A stretch of DNA of 64,000 nucleotides from an archaeon (GCA_002688925.1 NZEC01000018.1:59131-123130); one strand, 5' to 3'; counted from the first letter of the stretch, positions 29,970 through 39,878 are shown. Notes: generated by a model not told the origin, from the letters alone. Translations and numbers: made by a program.

Positions 29970-30084
29970 TTTTGCTGTTAAGCTCTTAGTAATTTAATGT
30001 TATTTAAAAATTTTTCTAAGCTATTATATAAAGGACAGAAACAAAGTTAATATTTAATACAATAAAAGAAGAGCAGATTGGTGT

Positions 30085-30912
30085 TTATGGGTTGTAAATC
30101 TTTTGTACTAACAAAGCATCTTCCTCAATATTAGGGCTTTCTGAGATTGCAACACCTTTGACCTTAAAGTCCTTTAATGCTTTGATTAGTTCTCTGTACT
30201 TTAGATCAGACTCTTTAAGGTTTAGATGATGTTTTTCTCCTTTTTCACCATATGCTATTCCGGTAAGATGGATATGCATGTTTTCCAACCCTTTTTTTCC
30301 TAATTTCTTTTCAATTGATTCCAGAATGCTGCAAAATTCCTTGTAAGAGTTGTTTTTTCCGTTTGATCTTGCATGCAGATGAGCAAAATCAACACACGGC
30401 ATTACATTGTCAATTTCTGCACTTAATTCCAGTATCTCGTCAATATTGCCGAACTGCGTTTCCTTGCCTGTTGTTTCCGGCCTTATCCAGATCTTATTTC
30501 CTTCCTCTTTCAGTTTTTCACTAATCTCTTTTATTGAGCTCTTTATCCTGTTAAATGCCTCTTCTTTAGTGCTTTTCTGGTAAAATCCTGCATGAAACGT
30601 TACAGACCAGGCTCCGCATAAGTTTGCTATTCTTGCAGAATTTAAAATCCTGGAAATGCTTGCCTTGAGCTTTTCCTTTTCAAGAGAATTTAAATTAATA
30701 AAATAAGGGGCATGGCAAGTCAATACTATTTTGTTTTCTTCTGCACTTTTCCTGACTTCAGGAGCTTTTTCCTTGCTTATGTTTACACTTCTAACAAATT
30801 CCAATTCCATTGCATCCAGATCCAGTTCTCTTACTCCATTAATGCCTTCTGCTGTAGTGCTGCCCTTGCTGCTAATGGGAATTCCTGCTGTGCCAAAAAG
30901 AAGTTTCTTCAT
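30085..30912 (-). CDS. nfo: Endonuclease IV-like TIM-barrel protein
   Basis: HAPYFINL, PETTGK, DFAH, HIH, GEKHH. Confidence 0.85.
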   Translation of the reverse strand: MKKLLFGTAGIPISSKGSTTAEGINGVRELDLDAMELEFVRSVNISKEKAPEVRKSAEENKIVLTCHAPYFINLNSLEKEKLKASISRILNSARIANLCGAWSVTFHAGFYQKSTKEEAFNRIKSSIKEISEKLKEEGNKIWIRPETTGKETQFGNIDEILELSAEIDNVMPCVDFAHLHARSNGKNNSYKEFCSILESIEKKLGKKGLENMHIHLTGIAYGEKGEKHHLNLKESDLKYRELIKALKDFKVKGVAISESPNIEEDALLVQKIYNP

Positions 30913-31066
30913 TTTTATCTATAAATAAAAATAAATCAAATATAAATCTTTCTTTACTTGGACTTAAAACTAAAATTTAATAATTCAAGATACTTTTACT
31001 ATAATCAAAACATTTATATAATTTAGAAAAGAGATAAAATAAATAAAAACTATAAGGGTGGTAAAT

Positions 31067-31297
31067 ATGAACGTAAAAGTATACAGCACAAAAACATGTC
31101 CATGGTGCCATAAAGTAAAGGAGTTTTTAACAGAAAAAAATGTAAAGTTCGACAACGTAGATGTTGGGGAAGACAAAGAAGCACACAAGGAAATGGTAGA
31201 TAAGTCAGACCAGATGGGAGTTCCTGTAACAGATATTGACGGGAAAATAATAGTGGGCTTTGACAAGGAACAATTAGAAAAAGCTCTTGCTGGTTAA
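31067..31297 (+). CDS. Glutaredoxin (NrdH/YruB-like)
   Basis: CPWC, GVPV, IVGFD. Confidence 0.9.
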   Translation: MNVKVYSTKTCPWCHKVKEFLTEKNVKFDNVDVGEDKEAHKEMVDKSDQMGVPVTDIDGKIIVGFDKEQLEKALAG

Positions 31298-31312
31298 ACA
31301 TTTTAATATGCT

Positions 31313-32908
31313 TTAACCTTTTTCTTCTTTCTTAACTTCAGCCTTTAATCTTCCTAATCCATACTCATTCATATCAACATATTTCATATACTCAGATAAA
31401 GCAGGATGGACTTCTTTTGTCTTAAGATACATTTGCTGCGCAATATGCCTATAAGTAGGATGGCCTTGCTCCACACTTCTTAACTCTGATATCCAATATA
31501 CTGACCTTAAATTCATCTTCATGTACCATCTTACTTTGTAAGCAAACGGCACAATATACTGGGATTCTTTAGGAAATTTATTGTAGATTTCTTTGTAAGC
31601 ATGCTCTGCTTTGCCCATAGCCTCTCTAAAATCATTTTCAAATCCAGCACTTTCTATTTCTTCAGGAACATAAAAGCCGTGCAAAGTTGTTAAGTTCTGC
31701 CTTTCTTGGGTTAACATCCTATGCCTCTGCAAATCTCTATAAGAGCCGAAATCCGTCAGAACATCAAAAGTATAATAACAGTTTTCAAAAGCCCTCGGCG
31801 GCTTATGCCTCCTATTCTGCCTTAAATCCAAAAAACTCAATAATTTCTTTTTCTCATCAATATTCATATCTTTTATTATCTGCCTTAATTGGGATAATGG
31901 TAATTTCGAATTTTCATACAATAAAGATGAAAGAACTTTTTCCTCAGCATCTTCATCATAATCAACAAGCTCTAATGCCTCTTTTTTTCCCACTTCAATT
32001 TCAGTAAGCCTTTTTGTCTCATCCAAAACAAAATTTGCTGTATTTTTTAAAAAATCAAAAGAACCCTTAAAGTGCTTATTATCCGGCCTGCACCTCCTAA
32101 CAAAAGATGGAATTACACTATTTAGTTCTGTCTGTACATTATCTGCTAAATTATTCATCTCACTTAAATTATCAGCCCTGAATCTTAATATTAAGTTTTC
32201 AAAAAATCTCCCATTCCCAAAAATTCCAAGATTAGTCAATGTTGATGCAGGTAATAATCCTCTTAAAGCATCGCATGCTCTTGCCCTTACAGAAAACTTG
32301 TATGCAATATCAGGAACATTTTCTTCCTGGGAAAATTTTTCCATTACAAATTTCTTCATCGGATCTATAAGATTAGCATAAGTATCAAACAAAAATCTAT
32401 TTGCTTGTAAATAAAGTTCTGCTAGCTCTGATTTCATAATTTTTGGCTCTTTGTAAAACTGATAATCATTATCTACTTTTTTATCGAAAAAAAGATATCT
32501 TGTAGATTTTTCCAAGGGAGAACCTCCTATCCTTGGATTTTCAAGCGCCTTGGAAGCCAGATTAGAAACGTTCTCGCACGCAAGATGTGCCCCACCTAAT
32601 TCACCAATAGAATCATCGCCATATCCATCCAAGATCCTGTCATAAAAATTCTGGGCTTTTTCAATTGCAAGAGCCTCATTTCCTGATTCTTTGCCAATAG
32701 TCACAATTTCCTTAAAAGCTCCCTCATCACTCAGAATAAATTCATCCAAAAGCAGCCTTCTTAAGCTTTTAGAAGAACGGGAATAACGGGAAAACAGAGC
32801 TCCTTTAATCACCTCTGGAAGATTCTTTAAAACAAAAACATCCCTATCAAGATTGCTTACAAACGGAATTAATGCCTTTTTTTCCTCTTCATTAAACTGC
32901 TCTATCAT
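31313..32908 (-). CDS. thyX: FAD-dependent thymidylate synthase (long two-domain form)
   Basis: YGDDSI, EKSTRY, RDLQRHR, ELRS..QGH. Confidence 0.9.
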   Translation of the reverse strand: MIEQFNEEEKKALIPFVSNLDRDVFVLKNLPEVIKGALFSRYSRSSKSLRRLLLDEFILSDEGAFKEIVTIGKESGNEALAIEKAQNFYDRILDGYGDDSIGELGGAHLACENVSNLASKALENPRIGGSPLEKSTRYLFFDKKVDNDYQFYKEPKIMKSELAELYLQANRFLFDTYANLIDPMKKFVMEKFSQEENVPDIAYKFSVRARACDALRGLLPASTLTNLGIFGNGRFFENLILRFRADNLSEMNNLADNVQTELNSVIPSFVRRCRPDNKHFKGSFDFLKNTANFVLDETKRLTEIEVGKKEALELVDYDEDAEEKVLSSLLYENSKLPLSQLRQIIKDMNIDEKKKLLSFLDLRQNRRHKPPRAFENCYYTFDVLTDFGSYRDLQRHRMLTQERQNLTTLHGFYVPEEIESAGFENDFREAMGKAEHAYKEIYNKFPKESQYIVPFAYKVRWYMKMNLRSVYWISELRSVEQGHPTYRHIAQQMYLKTKEVHPALSEYMKYVDMNEYGLGRLKAEVKKEEKG

Positions 32909-33030
32909 AAAACCCCATTAAAATTAATCTGGAAAATTTTAAATAGGTTTTGGTTTTAAAACCAAAGATTTATATAGTGATAAACATACTTTCAAGTAAG
33001 ATAATTAAAAACTATATGGAGGTAACCAAC

Positions 33031-33090
33031 ATGAAAGGCGGAGAAGGATGTGGTGGCGGTTGTGGAAAAACCGGCGATGAATGTTGCTAA
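33031..33090 (+). CDS. Putative 19-aa Gly/Cys-rich peptide
   Basis: MKGGEGCGGGCGKTGDECC; GGAGGT RBS, TTTATATA upstream, T-tract downstream. Confidence 0.6.
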   Translation: MKGGEGCGGGCGKTGDECC

Positions 33091-33139
33091 ATAGCAGCTA
33101 AACTTTTATTTTTTCTTATTTTTTTTAATTAATGATTAT

Positions 33140-33871
33140 TCAGATTTTTCTAGCAAAACTAATAAAGCCAGAATGCCCTATAGCCTGGCTTCTTGGCCTT
33201 ACTTTCCTTTCATCAATTTCCCATTCTCTTTCAATGATCTCAGAAGTCTTCAGATAAACAAAATCCTCATGCTTTCTTATAGTATTGACAAAATCCATTA
33301 TTTGAGGTATGGATGGGCTGTAAGATATTAAAAAGCCTCCAACCTTTAAGGCATTTTTTGCGCTTTCGGCTGCTTTCCATGGCTCCGGCAGGTCTAAAAC
33401 AACCAAATCCACGTTTTTTTCATCAATGCCATCATAAATATTCTTATTCCTGACTTTTACATTTTTCAGGCCTAAATAACCGATATTATGCTCCACTATC
33501 TTCACAAAATCTTCCCTTATCTCGTAACTGATGACTTCTTTGGCAATATTTGCCAGAAAACAAGCCAAAGCTCCTGAGCCAGATCCTGCATCCACAACTA
33601 CACTTTTGTTATTAATCGCAGTTTCAGATACAATTAACCCAATATCCTTCAAAGGAATTATCTGAGCGCCCCTTTTTATTCTCTTATACAAATCAATAAA
33701 AGAAGAATCAAAAACAGTAAATTTCTTTCCTGTGTTTGAAACTACTTTTATTCCGGATTTAGCTTTTTTTATGTCCTCTTTCTTAAAATAGCCAAATTGA
33801 GTATGCAAATCCTTATCATTATCATTAACCAGAAATTTCCTTCCAATCTTATTCATTAGTATTTTAGCCAT
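33140..33871 (-). CDS. trmI: tRNA (adenine-N1) methyltransferase TrmI/GCD14
   Basis: AQII..KD, DAGSGSGAL, LDLPEPW, HSGF. Confidence 0.9.
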   Translation of the reverse strand: MAKILMNKIGRKFLVNDNDKDLHTQFGYFKKEDIKKAKSGIKVVSNTGKKFTVFDSSFIDLYKRIKRGAQIIPLKDIGLIVSETAINNKSVVVDAGSGSGALACFLANIAKEVISYEIREDFVKIVEHNIGYLGLKNVKVRNKNIYDGIDEKNVDLVVLDLPEPWKAAESAKNALKVGGFLISYSPSIPQIMDFVNTIRKHEDFVYLKTSEIIEREWEIDERKVRPRSQAIGHSGFISFARKI

Positions 33872-33947
33872 TTTTATCTAAGAATTAGAACTAAATTTAA
33901 AAACATTTTTATATTGGGCTTAAGATAATAAGAACGAGGTGAGAATA

Positions 33948-34040
33948 TTGGCCAAACAAAAAGACAAGAAAAAGAAAAGCAAAAAACCGGTTAAAAAACA
34001 GTCAAAATCAAAGAAACCGAATGTATGCGAGTTTTGCTGA
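33948..34040 (+). CDS. Putative 30-aa basic peptide ending in CEFC
   Basis: GAGGTGA RBS, TTG start; MAKQKDKKKKSKKPVKKQSKSKKPNVCEFC. Confidence 0.5.
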   Translation: MAKQKDKKKKSKKPVKKQSKSKKPNVCEFC

Positions 34041-34126
34041 TTAATTTACATTATTTTCATTAGCAATTTAGAAATATAGTTAAATCTAACTTCCATTTAG
34101 AAAAATAAAAATAATAAAAGAAATAC

Positions 34127-34333
34127 TTATTTCTTCTTTTTTGCCGGCTTATCATTGCATCCGCAACCATCAGGCTTAATCAGTATTAAAAGGCCTTTAA
34201 TTGCAAATAAAGAACCTAGCACTACCCATATATCCCATGTTGTATAGAGCCTTACCAAGATTAAGATTGCTCCAAAAACAATCAGCTTCAATGCACAACA
34301 TTTTCTACACAAACCTTCATTACTTCCACCCAT
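34127..34333 (-). CDS. Small two-TM protein with Cys motifs
   Basis: GGAGGTG RBS; CRKCC and CGC. Confidence 0.65.
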   Translation of the reverse strand: MGGSNEGLCRKCCALKLIVFGAILILVRLYTTWDIWVVLGSLFAIKGLLILIKPDGCGCNDKPAKKKK

Positions 34334-34405
34334 TAAAAAACACCTCCTTTTTTGATATTATTATGGTTTTTTGATATTATTGTTTAAAAACTTTTGGATA
34401 ATAAA

Positions 34406-34559
34406 GAGGTTGGTGTGAAAATAAGTGCTTGCGCGTAAATTACCAAATTGATAAGCTCCGCAGGATGTGTTATATGACCTGAGCAACGTATAGCGTTGCG
34501 AAGTTGAGAGTCCCTCTAAGACCCCGCACAAGCACGAATTGGATTTTTGCACTAACCTC
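34406..34559. repeat. Dispersed structured repeat, copy 1 (long form)
   Basis: 17-bp terminal stem; 35 nt (34424-34458) identical to the reverse complement of 39820-39854. Confidence 0.8.
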
Positions 34560-34578
34560 AATAATAAAAGATAATGAA

Positions 34579-34679
34579 CGGGCCAGGGGGGATTCGAACC
34601 CACGACCTACAGCTTAGAAGGCTTTAGCGGTCAAATTTATGGTTTGACAGTCGCTCTGTCCAAGCTGAGCTACTGGCCC
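34579..34679 (-). tRNA. tRNA-Arg(UCU) with 26-nt intron at 28/29
   Basis: Cloverleaf forms after removing 34624-34649; BHB central helix AGCG/CGCT. Confidence 0.9.
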
Positions 34680-34743
34680 ATTGCTCAATGTAAGAGATTT
34701 GATTATTTATTTATAAATCTTTCAGAATTTAAACCAATTTAAT

Positions 34744-34908
34744 TTACTGCTGCACATTAGCGTCATCCCAGTCAGAAGCCCGCATAGAACATTGTTTTTT
34801 GTTTTCCCAGAAATAAAAGCAATCTGCTCCAAATTTTTCATGTATAACGCAGTCTGAACAGCATGGTGCTGCAATTCTAGCCCCTGGTGGAGTTATTTTT
34901 CCTGCCAT
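34744..34908 (-). CDS. Small Cys-rich protein (54 aa)
   Basis: MAGKITPPGARIAAPCCSDCVIHEKFGADCFYFWENKKQCSMRASDWDDANVQQ. Confidence 0.55.
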   Translation of the reverse strand: MAGKITPPGARIAAPCCSDCVIHEKFGADCFYFWENKKQCSMRASDWDDANVQQ

Positions 34909-34940
34909 TTTAATATTAAGAATAAGCTAGTATAAAAATT

Positions 34941-36038
34941 TTATGGTAAAAATTTTTCCGGATGCTTTATCTTCTGAGGCAAATATTTTTCTATAACATA
35001 GTTAAGTCCCCATTTTGCCAATGCCTGCTGCTCTGCCCTGACTTTCATGCTTTGCAGCTGTTTTAATGCCTTTTGCCATTCCTTATGGTGCAGTATAAAA
35101 GGATCATTCTTTAGTAAATCTTTGATTTTTTTTAGGTCAACGTCTTTTAGCGGATGAGATGGAAGTTTATAATCAACAATATCCTGTGGTGTTATTCCCA
35201 GAAATTTTGCCTTTGGAACGCAAAAATATTCGTTTATATGCGCTGCATTACCAGAGCCAACTTTTAATGTCCTGTAGATTGATCCAATGCCGTAAGGATC
35301 TCCATCAACAAATACATACACTGGAAGTTTTTTTGTATCGCTTAATCTCCTGATAAACCTCCTTAAGGCTCTAGTTGGAACTCCGCCCATTGAAATCAAT
35401 ATGCAATTTGATTTTTTCCAGTAATTATGCTTAACTAATCTCTGGAACATACCTGCGGTCTCTATTGCCAGGATAAATTTAGCATTAGTGTCAAATTTCA
35501 GGTGCTCAACAGATGTTGGGATTGAATATGCTCCTGAGCCGAATTTAGTGCAATCGATTTTTATCTCTTTTCCGGTGTCAGGATCCTTGTCAACAACAAT
35601 CAGCTTTCCTGCAACTTCCCCTCCTTTTTCTTCTGGAATAAATCCCATCTGCTCACGATTGACCATCATCATTGCTTCAACATCTTCCATCACCGTATCG
35701 GATTCCGGCTGTTCCTTAAAAGCAGCTTCTGCCCAGTTCTTGGAAATATAATACATCTCTCTTTTTGTTGTAATATCATCATTTTGAATAACTGATTTTG
35801 CGTGAGCCATCATTCTCAGAGTCTGGGCAAATGTCTTGATTGTAGCAGCAGTTAAAGTCCTTTCTTTCATCTTTCCAAGCAGCTCAAAAAAGCCGTCTTT
35901 TGGATCATACTTTACATTGCTTAATGCCCTTAAAGGCATCTTTAATTCAGGAGCTCTTTTCTTTTTTATTCTGGTATAAACATCATTGCCTATATTTTGA
36001 ATTTCATTTAACGCTACATTGCTTTTTGTTTTTTTCAT
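34941..36038 (-). CDS. top6A: DNA topoisomerase VI subunit A
   Basis: TKREMYY, IETAGMF, GVPTR, DGDPYG. Confidence 0.95.
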   Translation of the reverse strand: MKKTKSNVALNEIQNIGNDVYTRIKKKRAPELKMPLRALSNVKYDPKDGFFELLGKMKERTLTAATIKTFAQTLRMMAHAKSVIQNDDITTKREMYYISKNWAEAAFKEQPESDTVMEDVEAMMMVNREQMGFIPEEKGGEVAGKLIVVDKDPDTGKEIKIDCTKFGSGAYSIPTSVEHLKFDTNAKFILAIETAGMFQRLVKHNYWKKSNCILISMGGVPTRALRRFIRRLSDTKKLPVYVFVDGDPYGIGSIYRTLKVGSGNAAHINEYFCVPKAKFLGITPQDIVDYKLPSHPLKDVDLKKIKDLLKNDPFILHHKEWQKALKQLQSMKVRAEQQALAKWGLNYVIEKYLPQKIKHPEKFLP

Positions 36039-36157
36039 TTTGTTATTATTTCATTAGTTGTATTTTATTGTGTATTTTTATTTTAATGTTTTTTAATCAT
36101 TTTTTGCGATTTCTTAATTGGATTTTTTGTTATTGGAACTTTTTTATTGGCTTTATT

Positions 36158-37852
36158 TTATTTCTCTTTTGATTCATTCTTTTCTTCTTGATCATCTTCC
36201 TTTTCTTCTTTTCCAATATTAGCAAACTCCTCATCATATTCCAAGTTTTTTGCCTCAACCTGTTCTAATTTTCCCCTTTTCTTTTCTAAAATTTCTGCTA
36301 AGAGTTTTTCTACTTTCTTTTCCTCACTATCATTAAAGTTAACTAAATCTTTTAGTGCTTCTCCAACATGAGGAATAAACATTTGTATGTAATCCCTCTT
36401 TTTGCTTTCAAACTGCACTCTTCTTTTCTTTCCGACATAGCTTGCAAGCTTTCTCCCTACTTCCTGCAAAGCCAGCTTAATTTCCTTTATAATTTCAGGA
36501 TAATGTGCTATAGCTTCTTTGCTTTCAGAAGTAAATGGAACCCATACAGAAGCTATATGTAAAGCAAGAGTTATTGGCCCTATAGGCAATGCCCCTCTGC
36601 TCTGGCTTAACCCGTAATTTCTCCATGCAGTGTTGATAACAGACCTTGTAATCGCGCATGCGCCCTGCTGGTATTGCAACGGCACCCTATTGGCATACCT
36701 AAACAGTTTCATAGATTCTTCTGAATTTTGCTTGCCGCCATAAGCAATCCCTGCCTCAATAATAAATGGATTGCCCCTGTAAACAGATGGTGGCCTTTTT
36801 GTTGCGCAGTAAAACTCAGCATCAATCTCTTTCTTAAGCCCTTTCTCAAGCAATTCCTCTCCAATCGGGCTTATGCAGTCTACAGGTGGGGAAATTATCT
36901 TTGTTTTTTTAATGCCTTCAATCAGCTTCTCTGTCATCTCTCTTGTAATATTCCTGGGCTTTGTATTTGTAAGCAGTGCTGCGTTTTCACAGATTTGCTT
37001 TGCAGTTCCCGAGCCTACTCTGGAAAACTCATTTGTTAAAAAGCTCTGCAGGGTCCTTGTTTCAGTAAGCTTAAGCATTGACATCAAAACTCCAAGCTCA
37101 ACGCCATACGGATGTGGTTTAATCTCAATAGGCTTTTTGGGCATCTTGTCAGAAGCTCTTGGGAATATTATCGGCTCTGCCTTTGGATTTGTGTATATTA
37201 TTGTAACATGCGGATTTACAATTGCAGTTTGTTTTAAATATTGGTCAATACTTTGGTCTCCTTTCTGGTAGCTTCCTTCAAGATCAAGCTCAATCCTTGT
37301 TCCGTGGTCTTTATTCCAGGTTTTTGTCTCATCTTTAATTATATCTGGTTTATTTTTATGGGTATCAATATGCAATTCATAATAGTGTGCATCATGTTTT
37401 TTCCCAATTTTAGAAGTTATCCTAGCAGGGTTTCCTGTTGTAAGCTGCGCATACAAAACAGATGCTGAAATGCCAATGCCCTGCTGCCCTCTGCTTTGGG
37501 AAAGCTTGAAAAATTTGCTTCCATACAATAGCTTTGCAAAAATATTTGGGATCTGCTTTTTTACAATACCGGGGCCATTATCCTCTACAATAACCCTGAA
37601 CCTGTTGTTCTGCATATCAATTACTTCAACATTTATTTCAGGCAGCACATTTCCCTCTTCACATGCATCCAAAGAATTATCCACAGCTTCCTTTATTGTT
37701 GTTAACAATGATTTCCTCGGATTATCAAATCCCAAAAGATGCCTGTTTTTCTCGAAAAAGCTGGCTACAGAAATCTCCTGCTGCTTTTTTGCAAGCTCTA
37801 TTGCAATAGGCACATTAAGCTCATTGTCTTTTAAATCCTTATTTTTTTCCAT
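36158..37852 (-). CDS. top6B: DNA topoisomerase VI subunit B
   Basis: [28 protein letters not shown]. Confidence 0.95.
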   Translation of the reverse strand: MEKNKDLKDNELNVPIAIELAKKQQEISVASFFEKNRHLLGFDNPRKSLLTTIKEAVDNSLDACEEGNVLPEINVEVIDMQNNRFRVIVEDNGPGIVKKQIPNIFAKLLYGSKFFKLSQSRGQQGIGISASVLYAQLTTGNPARITSKIGKKHDAHYYELHIDTHKNKPDIIKDETKTWNKDHGTRIELDLEGSYQKGDQSIDQYLKQTAIVNPHVTIIYTNPKAEPIIFPRASDKMPKKPIEIKPHPYGVELGVLMSMLKLTETRTLQSFLTNEFSRVGSGTAKQICENAALLTNTKPRNITREMTEKLIEGIKKTKIISPPVDCISPIGEELLEKGLKKEIDAEFYCATKRPPSVYRGNPFIIEAGIAYGGKQNSEESMKLFRYANRVPLQYQQGACAITRSVINTAWRNYGLSQSRGALPIGPITLALHIASVWVPFTSESKEAIAHYPEIIKEIKLALQEVGRKLASYVGKKRRVQFESKKRDYIQMFIPHVGEALKDLVNFNDSEEKKVEKLLAEILEKKRGKLEQVEAKNLEYDEEFANIGKEEKEDDQEEKNESKEK

Positions 37853-38028
37853 TTTCTGAAATTTTGAAATTTAGGTTGTTTATAAATTTAGTTATTTTGT
37901 GGACTAAATGTAAAACATCAGATTAAGCTTAAATAATAGGATTAGAACCACAATATAAAGATGTTGTTGGGAGAATTGAAAGAGACATCTTTCTGCCGAC
38001 AATTGAATATAACATACTATAAAACGAA

Positions 38029-38580
38029 TCAACTCATATCAATTATCCTTTTCCGCTTTAATTCCCTTCTTCTTTTCTCAAGCCATTTCCAGACACTTGC
38101 ATGGGTGCTTCCTCCTAAGAGAGCAGCTATGGCTCGCTTTGCCATTGTAGCTGATTCAGGCAGCCCAATTATGCCGATAGTTTTTCCAAAAACACAGATG
38201 TATGACTCAGTCAATTCCTCGATTAATTTCCTTGATTTTCCATCCCTACCTATCACTCTTCCTTTGAGCCTCAGCAACGTATTTTTTGATTTTCCAACAT
38301 ATTCAGTCATATGTATGATTTCCAGAACATAATCCTGCTTTAGTAAAAGCTTTGCAATATCAGGATTAAAGCCTCGCCCAATAGCCTTGATTACCTCTCT
38401 TGCTGTATACAATCCCAAAGCATCTTCTCCTGAGATAAATATATCCCCTTCCGCAGAATCTACATTGATTGTGGTTTTTGTATCTGCTTCAATGCCTTTT
38501 TTAATATCGCCGTTTTTGCCTATCAATACAGCTACACGTTCCTGAGGTATCTTTAATTCATATGAAAAATCTTCTGTCAT
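38029..38580 (-). CDS. KH-domain rRNA processing protein (Dim2/Pno1/Krr1 family)
   Basis: LIGKNG, AIGRGF, GRVIGRDG. Confidence 0.9.
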   Translation of the reverse strand: MTEDFSYELKIPQERVAVLIGKNGDIKKGIEADTKTTINVDSAEGDIFISGEDALGLYTAREVIKAIGRGFNPDIAKLLLKQDYVLEIIHMTEYVGKSKNTLLRLKGRVIGRDGKSRKLIEELTESYICVFGKTIGIIGLPESATMAKRAIAALLGGSTHASVWKWLEKRRRELKRKRIIDMS

Positions 38581-38656
38581 TATATACTGGAATTTCATTG
38601 TATTTTTTAAACGTTTTCATAAGCTTTATATATAAAAATAGATTGCTTTAGTATAT

Positions 38657-38786
38657 GCCGCGGTCGCATAGTCTGGCCATTGCGGAGACAAAAGCCGTAA
38701 GATTGCTAAGACTATTTTTCCCTAGGATTGGGTCGTATTGATCCTCTGTCCGTAAGGGCACGGGAGTTCAAATCTCCCCCGTGGCG
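38657..38786 (+). tRNA. tRNA-Ser(GCU) with two introns (13 nt at 29/30; 32 nt at 37/38)
   Basis: 85-nt cloverleaf with long variable arm after removing 38688-38700 and 38709-38740. Confidence 0.88.
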
Positions 38787-38805
38787 TTTTTTTAATATAA
38801 ATAAA

Positions 38806-39186
38806 ATGGCATCAGCATCAGACCTAAAAAAAGGAAGTTACTTTATCCATAACAATGAGCCAGTAAGAGTTATCAGAAAAGAAGTTGTTGTTTATGGAAC
38901 TCATTCTCACAGCAAATTAAAGCTATTTATACAGGGATTGACAGAAAAAGGAGAAAGAAACATCAATCTGCATCATACTGATAAAGTGGATATAGTTGAA
39001 ATAATAAGAAAAGTTGGCCAGGTTATCTCAAAAAATGATAAAGTGCAGATAATGGATAATGTAAGTTACGAGACTTTAGATGCAAATGCCCCTGAAGAAA
39101 TTTTAAATGAGCTTAATGAAGGGGATTTAGTCACTTTTGTAGATTTTAACGGAAACGTCCAGATTATTGATAAAAGGGAAAGTTAG
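38806..39186 (+). CDS. aIF5A/eIF5A homolog lacking the hypusine lysine
   Basis: ASDLKKGSY, GQVIS...VQIMDNVSYET; GKHG loop reads GTHS. Confidence 0.8.
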   Translation: MASASDLKKGSYFIHNNEPVRVIRKEVVVYGTHSHSKLKLFIQGLTEKGERNINLHHTDKVDIVEIIRKVGQVISKNDKVQIMDNVSYETLDANAPEEILNELNEGDLVTFVDFNGNVQIIDKRES

Positions 39187-39234
39187 TCTAGTAGTAATGT
39201 TTTTAAAGCCGCCTTAATTCTTAAACATTACAAT

Positions 39235-39309
39235 AGCGAGGTAGGGCAGTCAGGAGTGCCCGGAGGGCTCATAACCCTCAGGTCGGAGGTTCAAATCCTC
39301 TCCTCGCTA
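39235..39309 (+). tRNA. Initiator tRNA-Met(CAU)
   Basis: A1-U72 pair; GGG/CCC at the base of the anticodon stem; no intron. Confidence 0.93.
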
Positions 39310-39747
39310 TTTTTTCTTCTCAAAGTCTTTCATCAAAGAACCATTATCCATCTTTATGGAATAAGCATAACTGTCTAATTTTTTTGATTTGATAAACTCT
39401 ATAAATTTTTCCTGTTTTTCTTTATCCCACTTATTAAATATAAAATGAGTTTTGCATTCAAACTGTCTCTCACAATCCTTATCCAGATTCCTAAAATCCC
39501 TGCCACTATTGATTTCAGGATGGCCTGGACAGTAAAATTTCTCATCTTTATAAATCACATTAAAGCAAACACCAGAATCATGCAGATTTAATGAGCGTTT
39601 CATAAACTTAGGAGTTGATTTCTTGTTTTTCCATTCTAAAGTATTTTTTCTGATATCTCTCAATATCCTTTTCTTTCCCTTATAGGAATTTCCGCAGCAT
39701 CCAAAACAGCTTAATCCCAATTCTTCTGACTGGCATAAGTTTATCAT
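39307..39747 (-). CDS. Cys-rich hypothetical protein
   Basis: LCQ...CFGCCG, CPGHP, further Cys; stop codon overlaps the tRNA 3' end. Confidence 0.7.
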   Translation of the reverse strand: MINLCQSEELGLSCFGCCGNSYKGKKRILRDIRKNTLEWKNKKSTPKFMKRSLNLHDSGVCFNVIYKDEKFYCPGHPEINSGRDFRNLDKDCERQFECKTHFIFNKWDKEKQEKFIEFIKSKKLDSYAYSIKMDNGSLMKDFEKKK

Positions 39748-39780
39748 AAAGTTAAGTATATTATGTTTCTATTTAAGATT

Positions 39781-39872
39781 AAGGTTGTTAAAAAGCCAGT
39801 GCTTATGTGAGGCCTTAGAGAGCTTATCAATTTGGTAATTTACGCGCAAGCACTGATTTTTGCCCCAATCTT
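39781..39872. repeat. Dispersed structured repeat, copy 2 (short form, inverted)
   Basis: Same core and stems as 34406-34559 but without the 56-nt internal segment. Confidence 0.8.
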
Positions 39873-39878
39873 TGTTCA

